64,000 nt of DNA from Myxococcales bacterium (GCA_021807105.1 JAKAPL010000002.1:48515-112514), one strand, 5' to 3'. Shown: positions 53,249 to 63,738, counted from the stretch's first letter. Program-made: numbers and translations. Notes: a model not told the origin generated them from the letters alone.

Positions 53249-55459
53249 ATGCCGGCCGCCATGCCGGGATCGAGCCCATCGACGGCCGGAGCATCGCCCG
53301 GGGAGTCGCTCGAGGGGGCGATCGATCGCATCGTCTTCCAGAACCCGGAGAACGGCTGGACCGTCGCCCGCTTCCAGCTCGACGGCTCCTCCCGGGTCGT
53401 GACGCTCGTCGGCGAGCTGCCCGGGGTCTTGGCTGGGACGATGCTCCGGGTCTCCGGTCGCTTCGCCGAAGATCCCCGGTACGGGACGCAGTTCCAGGTG
53501 GCCACGTTCACCCCGCTCGATCCCGGGACGCTCGACGGCATCGAGCGCTACCTCGGCTCTGGCCTCGTCAAGGGCATCGGCGCGAGGCTCGCGAGGCGGA
53601 TCGTCGAGACCTTCGGCGCCGGGACGCTCGCGGTCCTCGACGAGGAGCCCGGAAGGATCGCGCGCGTGCCGGGGGTGGGGAAGCGCCGGGCCAAGCGGCT
53701 CGCGCAGGCGTGGTCGGAGCAGCGACGCACGCGCCAGGCGATGATCTTCCTCCAGGGCCACGGCCTCTCGCCGGCCTTCGCGACGAGGGTCCTCCAGCAG
53801 TACGGGGTCGCGGCGCCCGCGCTCGTTCGCGAGAACCCGTATCGGCTCGCGCTCGACGTCCCGGGGATCGGCTTCCGGACCGCCGACCGGATCGCCCGCG
53901 GGCTCGGCGTCGGCGCCGACGCCCCGGAGCGCGCCGCGGCCGGGGCGCTCCAGGCGCTCTCCGAGTTGTCGGCCCAGGGCCACGTGGCCTACCCGCGAGA
54001 CCGGTTCGCGCGGGAGGCCGGCGCGCGGTTCGAGATCGAGCCTGCCGCCATGGAGGATGCCGTCGGCCGCCTCGCCGCGCGCGGGGACCTCGTCCTCGAG
54101 CACGACCCGGAGCTCGGTCCCTGCGTCTACCCGCCGAAGCTGTTCGAGGCCGAGTGCGCGGCCGCCCGCCGCGTTCGGGAGCTGCTCGCGCGGCCGGTGG
54201 CGCCGCTCCTCGCGGATCCCGGGATCGCCTTCGCGGCCGTCGAGGAGGCGGGCCTCGTCCGGCTCGCACCGCTCCAGAAGGAGGCGCTCGCCGCGGCGCT
54301 CGGCGAGAAGCTCCTCATCGTCACCGGCGGTCCGGGCGTCGGCAAGACGACGATCGTCCGCGGGCTCCTCGCGGTCCTGGAAGGGCACGGGCGCGAGGCG
54401 CTGCTCGCCGCGCCGACGGGCCGCGCGGCGAAGCGGCTCGCCGGGGCGACCGGCCGCCCCGCGCAGACGATCCATCGGCTGCTCGAGTACAGCCCCAAGG
54501 GCGATGCGTTCCAGCGCAACGCGAAGGAGCCGCTCGCCGCCGATTACGTCGTCATCGACGAGACCTCGATGGTCGATGTCGTCCTCTTCGGCCATCTGCT
54601 CGAGGCCGTCCCCGACGAGGCGCAGCTCCTCCTGGTCGGCGACGCCGACCAGCTCCCCTCGGTCGGACCGGGGGCCGTGCTGCGCGACCTCCTCGCCTCC
54701 GGGGTCGTCCCCGCCGTCCGTCTCACCGAGGTCTTCCGGCAGGCGGCCGAGAGCCTGATCGTCCAGAACGCCCACCGGATCAACGAGGGGCAGATGCCGC
54801 GCCTGGACGACCCCGACGCGGCGGCCGACTTCTTCTTCGTCGAGCGCGAGGAGCCGGCGGCCGCGGCGCAGGCGGTCTGCGAATTGGTCCGCGAGCGCAT
54901 CCCGCGGCGGTTCGGGTTCGATCCCGCCACGGACGTGCAGGTGCTCGCGCCGATGCACCGCGGGGATGTGGGCACGGTCGCGCTCAACGCCGCGCTCCAG
55001 CAGGCGCTCAACCCGGACGGCGCGCGGCTGGAGGGGATCACCGAGCGCTTCCGCTGTGGCGACAAGGTCATGCAATTGCGCAACGATTACCAGCGCGAGG
55101 TCTTCAACGGTGACATCGGCCGCGTCCTGTCCGCCGATCCGGAGGAGAGAACGCTCGCGGTGGACTTCGACGGCCGGGTCGTCACCTACGCCGCGGGCGA
55201 CGTGGAGGATCTTCAACTCGCGTACGCCTGTTCCGTCCACAAGGCGCAGGGCAGCGAGTATCCCGCGGTCGTGCTGCCGCTCTGCACCCAGCACTTCCCG
55301 ATGCTCCAGCGCAACCTCCTGTACACGGCGGTCACCCGCGGCCGGAAGCTCGTCGTCGTCGTCGGCAGCCGGAGGGCGCTCGCCCTCGCGGTCCAGAACG
55401 GCCAGACGCGCGAGCGGTTCACGGGCCTCGCGCGCAGGCTGCGGACCGACCTGGATTGA
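53249..55459 (+). CDS. recD2: RecD2-type SF1B ATP-dependent DNA helicase
   Basis: N-terminal OB-like IVFQNPENGWTVARF, HhH LVKGIGARLARRIVETFG, helicase motifs VTGGPGVGKTT, VVIDETSMVD, LLVGDADQLPSVGPG and ACSVHKAQGSEY. The ATG lies 1 nt after the previous stop. Confidence 0.88.
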   Translation: MPAAMPGSSPSTAGASPGESLEGAIDRIVFQNPENGWTVARFQLDGSSRVVTLVGELPGVLAGTMLRVSGRFAEDPRYGTQFQVATFTPLDPGTLDGIERYLGSGLVKGIGARLARRIVETFGAGTLAVLDEEPGRIARVPGVGKRRAKRLAQAWSEQRRTRQAMIFLQGHGLSPAFATRVLQQYGVAAPALVRENPYRLALDVPGIGFRTADRIARGLGVGADAPERAAAGALQALSELSAQGHVAYPRDRFAREAGARFEIEPAAMEDAVGRLAARGDLVLEHDPELGPCVYPPKLFEAECAAARRVRELLARPVAPLLADPGIAFAAVEEAGLVRLAPLQKEALAAALGEKLLIVTGGPGVGKTTIVRGLLAVLEGHGREALLAAPTGRAAKRLAGATGRPAQTIHRLLEYSPKGDAFQRNAKEPLAADYVVIDETSMVDVVLFGHLLEAVPDEAQLLLVGDADQLPSVGPGAVLRDLLASGVVPAVRLTEVFRQAAESLIVQNAHRINEGQMPRLDDPDAAADFFFVEREEPAAAAQAVCELVRERIPRRFGFDPATDVQVLAPMHRGDVGTVALNAALQQALNPDGARLEGITERFRCGDKVMQLRNDYQREVFNGDIGRVLSADPEERTLAVDFDGRVVTYAAGDVEDLQLAYACSVHKAQGSEYPAVVLPLCTQHFPMLQRNLLYTAVTRGRKLVVVVGSRRALALAVQNGQTRERFTGLARRLRTDLD

Positions 55460-55462
55460 TCG

Positions 55463-56113
55463 GTGCTCCGCGCGGTCGTCTTCGATCTCGACGGCACGAT
55501 CGTCGACAGCCGCCGGGACATCGCGGCGAGCGCCAACGCCGCCCTGCGGGCGGTGGGGCTGCCCGAGCGGTCCGAGGACGAGATCGCGGGCTTCGTCGGC
55601 GAGGGCTCACGCCGGCTGATCGAACGCGCCGTCGCGCCGCGGGCCGACCTCGCGGACCTCGCCCACACCGCCTGGATGCGTCATTACGGCGGCCACCTGC
55701 TCGACACGACGCGCGCCTACCCCGGCGTGCGCGAACTGCTCGATAGGCTTTCGTGCCCGCTCGCCGTCCACACGAACAAGCCCGGGGACTTCGCCCGCGC
55801 GATCCTCGCCGGACTCGGCCTCGCCGTGCGCTTCGCCCGGGTCGTCGGCAGCGGCGACGGTCCCGCGAAGAAGCCCGACCCGGAGGGGGCGCGGCTGCTC
55901 CTCCGCGCGCTGGGGGTCGCCGCGGGGGACGCCGTCTACGTCGGCGACAGCCGGATCGACGTCGCCACCGCGCGGGCCGCCGGCATCCCCTTCCTCGGCG
56001 CGGGCTGGGGTCTGGGCGGAGCGCGGGAGCTCACCCTCGCTGGCGCGGAGACGATCGCGCGGACCGTCGCCGACCTCGAAGGGCTGCTCGTCGCCCACCG
56101 TGACGCCCCGTGA
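55463..56113 (+). CDS. gph: HAD-family phosphatase, phosphoglycolate phosphatase-like
   Basis: HAD motif I VVFDLDGTIVDS, motif II HTNKP, motif III/IV KKPDP ... YVGDSRIDV. Confidence 0.75.
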   Translation: MLRAVVFDLDGTIVDSRRDIAASANAALRAVGLPERSEDEIAGFVGEGSRRLIERAVAPRADLADLAHTAWMRHYGGHLLDTTRAYPGVRELLDRLSCPLAVHTNKPGDFARAILAGLGLAVRFARVVGSGDGPAKKPDPEGARLLLRALGVAAGDAVYVGDSRIDVATARAAGIPFLGAGWGLGGARELTLAGAETIARTVADLEGLLVAHRDAP

Positions 56114-56179
56114 CGCAGGTTCATCGAGGTCGCGAACGAGCCATGGCGCCGAAGGTGACCCTCGCGCTCCCGCGCTCCC

Positions 56180-57184
56180 TCACGCGGCCTTCCGCCGGAG
56201 CCCGCTCGCGAGGTCGAACCGCCGCTGTCGGGCCTCCTCGGCGCGCCGGGCCTCTCGGGCGGCGAAGGCGCGCGTGAAGCGCCGGATGGGGTCGGGAACG
56301 AACGCGAGCGGCCCGACCGGATGCTCGGTCGCCCGCGCGATCGCGGCCTTGAGGAAGCCGTGCAGCCCGCGGGCGAGCCATTCGACGCGGTCATGGCCGA
56401 CGCCCCCGCACCGCTGTCGAAGCCGCTGGATCTCGGCCGCCGCGAGGAGTTCGGCCGCGTCGGGCCGGTCGAGCGCGATGGCGAGCGTGCGCGGGGTGAG
56501 GAGAACCAGCTCCTCGGGCCTCGGGATCGCCGCGACCTTGCGTTCGTGGAGGCTCCGTCCGGTGACGGCCGAGACCTGCACGCGCGCCGTCTCGTGGAGG
56601 CCAGCCACCCGCAGGCGCAGGTCGGTCTTCTCGAACAGGTCCTCGGCGAGCGCCGCCCGCGTGGCCACATGCCGCTCCTCGTTCAGGATGTCGAGCGCGA
56701 GCCATTCGAACCTTCGCCCGTAGCCGTGGTCGCAGACGTGGAGGCGGCCGCGCCGCTGCTCGGCCTTCCGGACCCCCTCGACGGCCTCGCGCACGGCGTT
56801 CGCGGCGGCGTGCAGGAGCAGCGTCGCCGCCTGAGCACGATCGCCGTCCGCGAAGCGCAACCCGACGCCCCAAAGGCGCGCCGAGAGGATCTGGTCACGG
56901 CGCAGCCGCACCACTCCGCCGGGCCACCGTACCCTCGCGCCCACGAGGCGCACCCCGTCGAGCGCGCCGCAGCGGGGGGCTGCGCTCTCCCCCACCGCGT
57001 CGAACCAGACCGCGGGCGGCGAGAGGTAACCCCGGGCCTCGTCGACGAGAGGCCCGAGCAAATGGGCTCGAAAAGGCGTGCCGTCCGCTTCGCCGGCCAG
57101 GGCGGTTTCCGAGAGCCGCGAGAGCTGCTCCGCCGCCTCTTCTTCGCTCGCGGCCACGAGCGGCTTGGTCTCGAACCCGCACAT
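56180..57184 (-). CDS. Hypothetical protein (334 aa), no motif recognised
   Basis: Long ORF with strong G/C third-position bias, not overlapped by any better-supported gene. A sigma-54-type element lies immediately upstream. Confidence 0.6.
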   Translation of the reverse strand: MCGFETKPLVAASEEEAAEQLSRLSETALAGEADGTPFRAHLLGPLVDEARGYLSPPAVWFDAVGESAAPRCGALDGVRLVGARVRWPGGVVRLRRDQILSARLWGVGLRFADGDRAQAATLLLHAAANAVREAVEGVRKAEQRRGRLHVCDHGYGRRFEWLALDILNEERHVATRAALAEDLFEKTDLRLRVAGLHETARVQVSAVTGRSLHERKVAAIPRPEELVLLTPRTLAIALDRPDAAELLAAAEIQRLRQRCGGVGHDRVEWLARGLHGFLKAAIARATEHPVGPLAFVPDPIRRFTRAFAAREARRAEEARQRRFDLASGLRRKAA

Positions 57185-57197
57185 CCCCGCTGGAGAG

Positions 57198-57213
57198 AGC
57201 AGAAACGGTGCCG
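57198..57213 (-). promoter_or_regulatory. Sigma-54-type promoter candidate (CGGCACC-N4-CTGCT)
   Basis: The minus strand reads CGGCACCGTTTCTGCT. GGCAC and TGCT are at the canonical -24/-12 spacing, but the GC lies only about 15 nt upstream of the annotated ATG. Confidence 0.35.
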
Positions 57214-57306
57214 CTCAATCCCGCCTGTTGCTTCAATGGGTTGGGTAGTCCTTCGGCGAAGAGCCACGTCCAGCGGTCGAATGCACGTCTTGAATCCGGA
57301 CGGCGA

Positions 57307-58113
57307 TCAGCCGGGGTTCGTCCTACTGCGTGCTCGGCGGATCTCGCCTTCGATCTGGCGAAAGGAGGCGCGCCACAGCTCGGCCTCCCGGTGGGACAGG
57401 CCGGCCCGCGCCCAGCAGGAGAGAAGCTCGTCCAGGATCAGGTCCGGCCGCTGGGGGTTCAGGAAGCCGGCCGCTGAGAGGGCCTGTCGGGCCTCCTCGC
57501 GGGCGGCCGCCAGGTCGGCATGGGTGGCGGGCGGCGGGCCATCCTTCGGGGCGCCGGGGCCAACCGTCGCCAGGGCGTAAGAGAGCACGGCGACCGATTG
57601 CGCGAGGTTCATCGAGGGCTGGAGGGCGGCCGTCGGGATCCGGCAGACATCCTGGCACAGCGACAGCTCGGCGTCGGAGAGGCCCCGCTTCTCGTCCCCG
57701 AATACGATCGCGATCGGTCCGGCCGCGGCGGCCACCCGGTTTGCGAGCGCCGCGGGAGAAAGCGAGGGGCGGCGGGCGAGCCGGCGCGAGCTCGTGCCCG
57801 CCGAGAAGGCCGCGGGGGCAAGTGCCTCGGGGAGCGTCCGGTGGACGTAGAGCCGTTCGAGCACGCCATCGGCGCCGACCGCGAGCTTGCGCGCCCGATC
57901 GAGGGCGTAGGAGAGCGGGTCCACGAGAACGAGTTGGCCGATCCCGAAGTTTGCGGCGACCCGGGCGGCCGCCCCGACGTTGTCGAGGTTGCGCGGCCGA
58001 TGGAGAACGAGGACGACCTCGGAGAGCGACGCCACGGACCGGACAAACCACAGCCCGCGGCACCGATCAACCAGGACGTCGGGCTCCCCTGCGCGGACCT
58101 CGCTATCCTTCAC
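57307..58113 (-). CDS. SpoU/TrmH-family RNA 2'-O-methyltransferase with C-terminal extension
   Basis: SPOUT motifs LVLHRPRNLDNVGAAARVAANFG, AIVFGDEKRGLSD and CRIPTAALQPSMNLAQSVAVLSY. GTG start. Confidence 0.8.
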   Translation of the reverse strand: MKDSEVRAGEPDVLVDRCRGLWFVRSVASLSEVVLVLHRPRNLDNVGAAARVAANFGIGQLVLVDPLSYALDRARKLAVGADGVLERLYVHRTLPEALAPAAFSAGTSSRRLARRPSLSPAALANRVAAAAGPIAIVFGDEKRGLSDAELSLCQDVCRIPTAALQPSMNLAQSVAVLSYALATVGPGAPKDGPPPATHADLAAAREEARQALSAAGFLNPQRPDLILDELLSCWARAGLSHREAELWRASFRQIEGEIRRARSRTNPG

Positions 58114-58141
58114 ATGACGGATCAGGGCTCACGGGCGCGGT

Positions 58142-58990
58142 TTGACAGTACCGGACCCTCCGGCTAACCTTGGAATGACTATTGGGAGACTCCGCTTGAC
58201 AGCCGGTTTGCTCGTCGTGCTGCTCACCGTGACGCCGGCGAACGAGAGGAAGGCGATCGATCTCTCTCGTCGCTCCATGCTGGAGTACAACGCCGGCGAT
58301 CTCGAAAACGCGCTCGCCCACGCCACCGCGGCCTACGAGCTGGACCCGCGGCCCGCGCTCCTCTTCAACCTCGGCCAGTGCCACCGGGCGCTCGAGCACT
58401 GGTCGAAGGCGCTCTTCCTCTACCGGAACTACCTGCGCGAGAGTCCCAGGGCTCGCAATCGCGCGCTCGTCTTGAAGCTCATCGCGGAGCTCGAGGTGAA
58501 GATCGGGGCGCAGTCGGCAGCCGCTCCTGCTGCTCCCGCGGTGGCCGGTCTCCCCGCGCCCGCGCCTTCCCCCATCCTCGTGATCGCGCCGCGACGAACC
58601 CCGGACGCCCCCCTCCGCCCGGCCGCGACCGCCGCCCGGCCCGCGAAGGTCGAGGGCCGCTCGCGCCTCCCCGCCTACCTCGCCGGCGCGCTCGGCCTCG
58701 CCGTCGGCCTCGCGGGCGGGGGCGCGATCCTGACCGCGCGGGGGATGGCGGCGAACGCCGGTCGCGGCGGGACGCCGCCGGAGGGGAGCACCGCGGAGAC
58801 GAGCCTCGCGGGCCAGGTCGCGTCGGCGAACCTCTGGAACACCGTAGGAGAGGTGTGGGTCGGGATGGGGCTCGCGGGCCTCGTCGCGGCCGGGATCCTC
58901 TTCGCCCTCCCGAGCGGCGGCGCGCAGGCGCACGTCGCCTTCTCGCCTCTGCCCGGGGGCGGGGCGCTGGCCCTCTCGGGGAGCTTCTAG
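58142..58990 (+). CDS. Membrane protein with TPR-like N-terminal domain and a C-terminal two-TM module ending SPLPGGGALALSGSF
   Basis: Signal/anchor LTAGLLVVLLTV. TPR-like YNAGDLENALAHATAAYELDPRPALLFNLGQCHRALEHWSKALFLYRNYL. Two hydrophobic helices near the C-terminus. The start could be the Met at 58175. Confidence 0.65.
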   Translation: MTVPDPPANLGMTIGRLRLTAGLLVVLLTVTPANERKAIDLSRRSMLEYNAGDLENALAHATAAYELDPRPALLFNLGQCHRALEHWSKALFLYRNYLRESPRARNRALVLKLIAELEVKIGAQSAAAPAAPAVAGLPAPAPSPILVIAPRRTPDAPLRPAATAARPAKVEGRSRLPAYLAGALGLAVGLAGGGAILTARGMAANAGRGGTPPEGSTAETSLAGQVASANLWNTVGEVWVGMGLAGLVAAGILFALPSGGAQAHVAFSPLPGGGALALSGSF

Positions 58991-58992
58991 CC

Positions 58993-60735
58993 ATGCGCGT
59001 ATCGTCAGGGCCGTCCGTTCTCGCCGCGCTCGCCCTGACGGCCTGCGGGCTGCCGTTCCCCCCGGGTGTCACCTGCCGGGGAGACGCCGATTGCCCGGCT
59101 GGCGACCGTTGCGATCCGTCTCAGCACCTCTGCGTCACGGTGGACGGGGGCGGGGTCGCGACCGGCAGCAGCGGCGCTGCGACGTCGGCGAGCGGCGCGG
59201 TCCAGAGCAGCTCGGGCGGCGAGGGCGGCTCGACCTCGGGTGAGGCCTCCAGCACGAGCGGCTCGACCGGCGGGTCGACGACGGGCGGGGGGAGCAGCGG
59301 CGGGACCGTGACGAGCAGCTCGTCTTCGGGCGGCTCGACGGGCGGGGAGACGGGAAGCTCGACCGGCTCGAGCACGAGCGGCTCGAGCGGCGGCAGCAGC
59401 ATCTCTGGGGGGGGCAGCTCATCGAGCGGCGGTTCATCGTCAGGGGGAGCCTCCTCCGGCGGATCGAGCGGCGGCCTCGATGGGTGCACGCCCGACTGCA
59501 CGGGCAGGTGCGACGGCGCCCCTGACGGCTGCGGCGGGGTCTGCGCGGGAATGACCTGCGCCGGTTGCTGCGATTCGAGCCACTTCTGCCAGCCCGGCGA
59601 CGATGGGGGGGCCTGCGGCGCGGGAGGCGAGTCCTGCGCGCCCTGCGCGGGGGGTGCCATCTGTTACGAGAACGGTTGCTGCAAGCCGGAGCCGCCGACG
59701 ACGTGCTCTACCACGACGGAGACCGGCCCTTGCGGCATCACGTACGCGCCGAGCTGCGACGGGGGCTCGGCGTACTGTTGCGGCGGCCCGACGGGGACGT
59801 GCTGCCCGGGCGGTTCCGCCCAGTGCGCCGGCGCCAACTGCTGCCCGGCGGGCACGAGGCCCTCCTCTGGTAGCTGCTGCCCCTGGGCGGAGAACTGCAA
59901 GGGCCAGTGCGTGGGCGCGGACGACCAGTGCGGCGGTACGTGCCCCACGAACGACTGCGCGGGCTGCTGCGATTCGTCGACCCACGTCTGCGAGCCGGGC
60001 GACGCGGGCACGGCTTGCGGCAGCGACGGAGGTGCCTGCGAGATCTGCTCGTCGCCCGCCTTCTGTGAGAACGCCACGACCGGCAGGGGCGCCTACCTCT
60101 GCTGCACGCCGAGCTGCGCGGGCCAGTGCGCGGGCGCGGACGACCAGTGCGGCGGTACGTGCCCCACGAACGACTGCGCGGGCTGCTGCGCGGGCACCAC
60201 TTGCGAGCCGGGGACCTCGTCGAGCGCCTGCGGTCAAGGAGGTGCGACCTGCGCGAACTGCGGCAGCTTCCCCTGCAACTCGAACCATTTCTGCGACTCC
60301 TGCCAGCCGGGCAGCAGTTACCAGGTGAATTGCGCCTGCGGCACGATGACGGTGACCTGCAACGGCAGCGGACAATGGAGCGATGGGCCCTGCATCGAGG
60401 GCTGCCAATCGGGGTACTGTTGCACGGGGACATACTGCGCTGCAGGAAACGAGACGTCTTCCTGCGGGAGCGTCGGCACCTGCGCGAACTGCATGGAGTT
60501 CGACTCCACCGACGTCTGTTACAAGTATCAGTGCTGCAAGCCGCAGTGCAGCAACGCCTGCGCGGGGCAGGACAACCAGTGCGGCGGCACCTGTCCCGCG
60601 ACCACCTGCGCGGGCTGCTGCGCGGGCACCACTTGCGAGTCGGGGACCTCGTCGAGCGCCTGCGGTCAAGGAGGTGCGGCCTGCAAGGACTGCTCTCTAG
60701 GCCTAGGCTGCGTCAATCAGGCCTGCGTTGGATAG
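58993..60735 (+). CDS. Modular Cys-rich secreted lipoprotein (Gly/Ser linker plus at least 4 repeats of a module of about 55-70 aa with a Cys framework)
   Basis: Internal ATG of track ORF 58378..60735 gives MRVSSGPSVLAALALTAC (lipobox). A Gly/Ser/Thr linker of about 100 aa follows. The repeated framework is C..C.G.D.QCGG.CP...CAGCC....C.PG....ACG..G..C..C. Confidence 0.8.
   Translation: MRVSSGPSVLAALALTACGLPFPPGVTCRGDADCPAGDRCDPSQHLCVTVDGGGVATGSSGAATSASGAVQSSSGGEGGSTSGEASSTSGSTGGSTTGGGSSGGTVTSSSSSGGSTGGETGSSTGSSTSGSSGGSSISGGGSSSSGGSSSGGASSGGSSGGLDGCTPDCTGRCDGAPDGCGGVCAGMTCAGCCDSSHFCQPGDDGGACGAGGESCAPCAGGAICYENGCCKPEPPTTCSTTTETGPCGITYAPSCDGGSAYCCGGPTGTCCPGGSAQCAGANCCPAGTRPSSGSCCPWAENCKGQCVGADDQCGGTCPTNDCAGCCDSSTHVCEPGDAGTACGSDGGACEICSSPAFCENATTGRGAYLCCTPSCAGQCAGADDQCGGTCPTNDCAGCCAGTTCEPGTSSSACGQGGATCANCGSFPCNSNHFCDSCQPGSSYQVNCACGTMTVTCNGSGQWSDGPCIEGCQSGYCCTGTYCAAGNETSSCGSVGTCANCMEFDSTDVCYKYQCCKPQCSNACAGQDNQCGGTCPATTCAGCCAGTTCESGTSSSACGQGGAACKDCSLGLGCVNQACVG
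59902..59971 (+). repeat. Intragenic repeat R1, copy 1 (70 bp)
   Basis: GGCCAGTGCGTGGGCGCGGACGACCAGTGCGGCGGTACGTGCCCCACGAACGACTGCGCGGGCTGCTGCG differs at one position from 60121..60190. Confidence 0.85.
60121..60190 (+). repeat. Intragenic repeat R1, copy 2 (70 bp)
   Basis: 69/70 identical to 59902..59971. The offset is 219 bp (73 codons), in frame. Confidence 0.85.
60175..60246 (+). repeat. Intragenic repeat R2, copy 1 (72 bp)
   Basis: TGCGCGGGCTGCTGCGCGGGCACCACTTGCGAGCCGGGGACCTCGTCGAGCGCCTGCGGTCAAGGAGGTGCG has one mismatch to 60607..60678. Confidence 0.85.
60607..60678 (+). repeat. Intragenic repeat R2, copy 2 (72 bp)
   Basis: 71/72 identical to 60175..60246. The offset is 432 bp (144 codons), in frame. 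Confidence 0.85.
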
Positions 60736-60943
60736 CCCTGCCCTTGGTTCGCGGGGAGGACCACGGGGGAGGACGTTCGGATGCGCGTACGCGGCGGGGA
60801 CGGTCGCGCTCCAATGGGGGATCGAGGCTCGGGGATGCGAGCGCCGCGGCGACGAAGCGCGCTGGAGGCAACCCCAGGTCGTTCGTCAGGGGTGAGTCCT
60901 ATCCGCCGGCGCGAGAGCGACGCCGCAGCAGCCGCACCGGGGT

Positions 60944-62365
60944 TCAGATGTCGAAGTAGAGCGCGAACTCCGCGGGGCTCGGGCGCAGGCGGACGGGGTT
61001 CACTTCCTTGTCCATCTTGTAGTCGATCCAGGTCTCGATCACGTCGGGGGTGAAGACGTCGCCCTTGAGCAGGAACTCGTGGTCGCGCCGCAGGCAATCG
61101 AGCGCCTCGTCGAGCGAGCCCGGCATCTTCGGGATGTCCTTCAACTCCTCTGGCGAGAGGCCGTAGATGTCCTTGTCGAGCGGATCTCCCGGGTCGATCT
61201 TCTTCTCGATGCCGTCGAGGCCGGCCATCAGCATCGCCGAGAAGGCGAGGTACGGGTTGCAGGAGGGGTCGGGCGAGCGGAACTCGATGCGCTTGGCCTT
61301 CGGCGACGGGCTGTACATCGGGATCCGGATCGACGCCGACCGGTTGCGCGACGAGTAGGCGAGGTTCACCGGCGCCTCGAAGCCGGGCACGAGCCGCTTG
61401 TAGCTGTTGGTCGTCGGGTTGCAGAGCGCGGCGAGCGCGCGGGCGTGGCGCAGGATCCCGCCGATGTAGTGCATGGCGGTCTCGCTCATGCCCGCGTACC
61501 CCTCGCCGGCGAAGGCGGGCTTGCCTCCCTTCCAGATCGACTGGTGGGTGTGCATGCCGGACCCGTTGTCGCCGTACAGCGGCTTCGGCATGAACGTCGC
61601 CGTCTTGCCGTGCCGGCGCGCGACGTTCTTGACGACGTACTTGAACCACATGAGCTTGTCCGCGCAGGCGGTGAGCGTGTCGAAGCGCATGTCGATCTCC
61701 GCCTGGCCGGCGGTCGCGACCTCGTGGTGCTGCTTCTCGACGTGGATGCCGACCTGCTCCATCAGGAGGACCATCTCGGTGCGGATGTCCTGCTGGCTGT
61801 CGGTCGGACTGACCGGGAAATAGCCCTCCTTGTAACGCGGCTTGTAGCCCAGGTTGCCGCCCTGCTCCGCCCGTCCGGTGTTCCAGTGTCCCTCGACCGA
61901 GTCGACGGCGTAGAACGCCTGGTTGGGACCGAGATCGTAGCGGACCTCGTCGAAGATGAAGAACTCGGCCTCCGGACCGAAGAACGCCTGGTCGCCGATG
62001 CCCGTCTGCTTGAGCCACTTCTCCGCCTTCTGGGCGATGTTGCGCGGGTCGCGGCTGTACGCCTCCTTGGTGATCGGATCGACCACGTTGCAGATGATCG
62101 ACAGCGTCGGCGCCTCCATGAACGGGTCGACGACCGCGGTCGCCGGGTCGGGCAGGACCAGCATGTCGGAGGCGTGGATCGGCTGCCAGCCCCGGATCGA
62201 CGAGCCGTCGAAGCCGTAGCCCTCCTCGAAGTTCTCCTCCGTCAACTCGACGAGCGGGAGCGCGAAGTGCTGCCAGATCCCGACGAAATCCATGAACTTC
62301 AGATCCACCATCTGGACCTTACGCTCCTGCGCCAGCGCCACGACTTCCTTGGGCTTCAACGCCAT
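60944..62365 (-). CDS. glnA: Glutamine synthetase, type I
   Basis: Internal ATG of track ORF 60944..63718, preceded by GGAGGAGAGATC. 473 aa with GSI blocks [41 protein letters not shown] and [16 protein letters not shown]. Confidence 0.95.
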   Translation of the reverse strand: MALKPKEVVALAQERKVQMVDLKFMDFVGIWQHFALPLVELTEENFEEGYGFDGSSIRGWQPIHASDMLVLPDPATAVVDPFMEAPTLSIICNVVDPITKEAYSRDPRNIAQKAEKWLKQTGIGDQAFFGPEAEFFIFDEVRYDLGPNQAFYAVDSVEGHWNTGRAEQGGNLGYKPRYKEGYFPVSPTDSQQDIRTEMVLLMEQVGIHVEKQHHEVATAGQAEIDMRFDTLTACADKLMWFKYVVKNVARRHGKTATFMPKPLYGDNGSGMHTHQSIWKGGKPAFAGEGYAGMSETAMHYIGGILRHARALAALCNPTTNSYKRLVPGFEAPVNLAYSSRNRSASIRIPMYSPSPKAKRIEFRSPDPSCNPYLAFSAMLMAGLDGIEKKIDPGDPLDKDIYGLSPEELKDIPKMPGSLDEALDCLRRDHEFLLKGDVFTPDVIETWIDYKMDKEVNPVRLRPSPAEFALYFDI

Positions 62366-62418
62366 GATCTCTCCTCCGTCCACCAGGGGCGAAACTTTGT
62401 GCACCCCCACCGCGCCTG

Positions 62419-62829
<411 letters not shown>

Positions 62830-63738
62830 CTACCGGCAGGTCCCGTCCTCCCCGCAGCGCTCCCCCGCCGGGCAGTCGGCGTCGGCCTGGCAGGAGGTCG
62901 CGCAGAAGCCGGCGATGCACCCCTGGCCGCGGGGGCAGGGCTCGCAGGTGCAGCAGCTCTGCGGCGCGCCCGCCTGGCAGTGGCGGCTCGCGCACACCTC
63001 CCCCGCGCCGCAGTCCGAGTCGGTGCCGCAAGGGGGCGCGCAGGAGACGCCGTCGCAGACGAGGCCCGGACCACAGTCGGCGTCCGTCGCGCAGTCCGGC
63101 AGGCACGCCCAGATCGAGCCGAGCGCGGAGCAGTCGTAGCCGGGGCGGCGGCAGGCGGCCTGGCCGCAGTCGGCGAGGCAGACCGCGACGGCCATGTTCT
63201 CGTTCCCTCCGGCGACCGAGTAGCAGGTCGAGCCGGTCGGACAAGGCGAATCGGGGCCGCAGCCGGTCGCCGTGCAGTAGCCGCCCGTCCAGATCGTGGG
63301 GCTCCCGCCGCCGGACAGGTCGAACCCGGGGCCGCAGCTTCCGTTCGGGCCGCAGTCCTCGTCGGTCGTGCACGGGAAGCCGACGAGCACGAGGCCCAGA
63401 TCTCTCGTGCAGCCCGCGTCGGGGGCCCCCGCGTCCACCGCCACGACGACCGAGCCGGCGCCGGCGTCCGCGGCCGAGGAGCCCGCCTCCCCGGCGCCTC
63501 GCGCCGATCCCATACAAGAGCCAGACAGACAGCTCTGCCCCGAGACGCAATCCCAGTCCCCCGTGCACGCGGCCGATCCGCTGCCAGGGCTTTCCCCCGA
63601 AGAGCTGGAGTAGCCGCCGCTCGAAGATCCGGAGTAGCCGCCGCCGTGGTCGCCGTCCTCGCCGACGAAGATGCACAGGCAAGCCGACTGACAAGCCGCC
63701 GCCGCGATCACGAGACACATCGGTAGTGCGTTGCGCAT
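62830..63738 (-). CDS. Cys-rich secreted lipoprotein with C-x-[TA]-D-x-D-C-x-x-G-x-x-C repeats
   Basis: The ATG at 63738 is preceded by GTGGAGGAAACC. The signal [16 protein letters not shown] is followed by a Gly/Ser/Tyr linker. Repeats include [52 protein letters not shown] and [13 protein letters not shown]. Confidence 0.75.
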   Translation of the reverse strand: MRNALPMCLVIAAAACQSACLCIFVGEDGDHGGGYSGSSSGGYSSSSGESPGSGSAACTGDWDCVSGQSCLSGSCMGSARGAGEAGSSAADAGAGSVVVAVDAGAPDAGCTRDLGLVLVGFPCTTDEDCGPNGSCGPGFDLSGGGSPTIWTGGYCTATGCGPDSPCPTGSTCYSVAGGNENMAVAVCLADCGQAACRRPGYDCSALGSIWACLPDCATDADCGPGLVCDGVSCAPPCGTDSDCGAGEVCASRHCQAGAPQSCCTCEPCPRGQGCIAGFCATSCQADADCPAGERCGEDGTCR

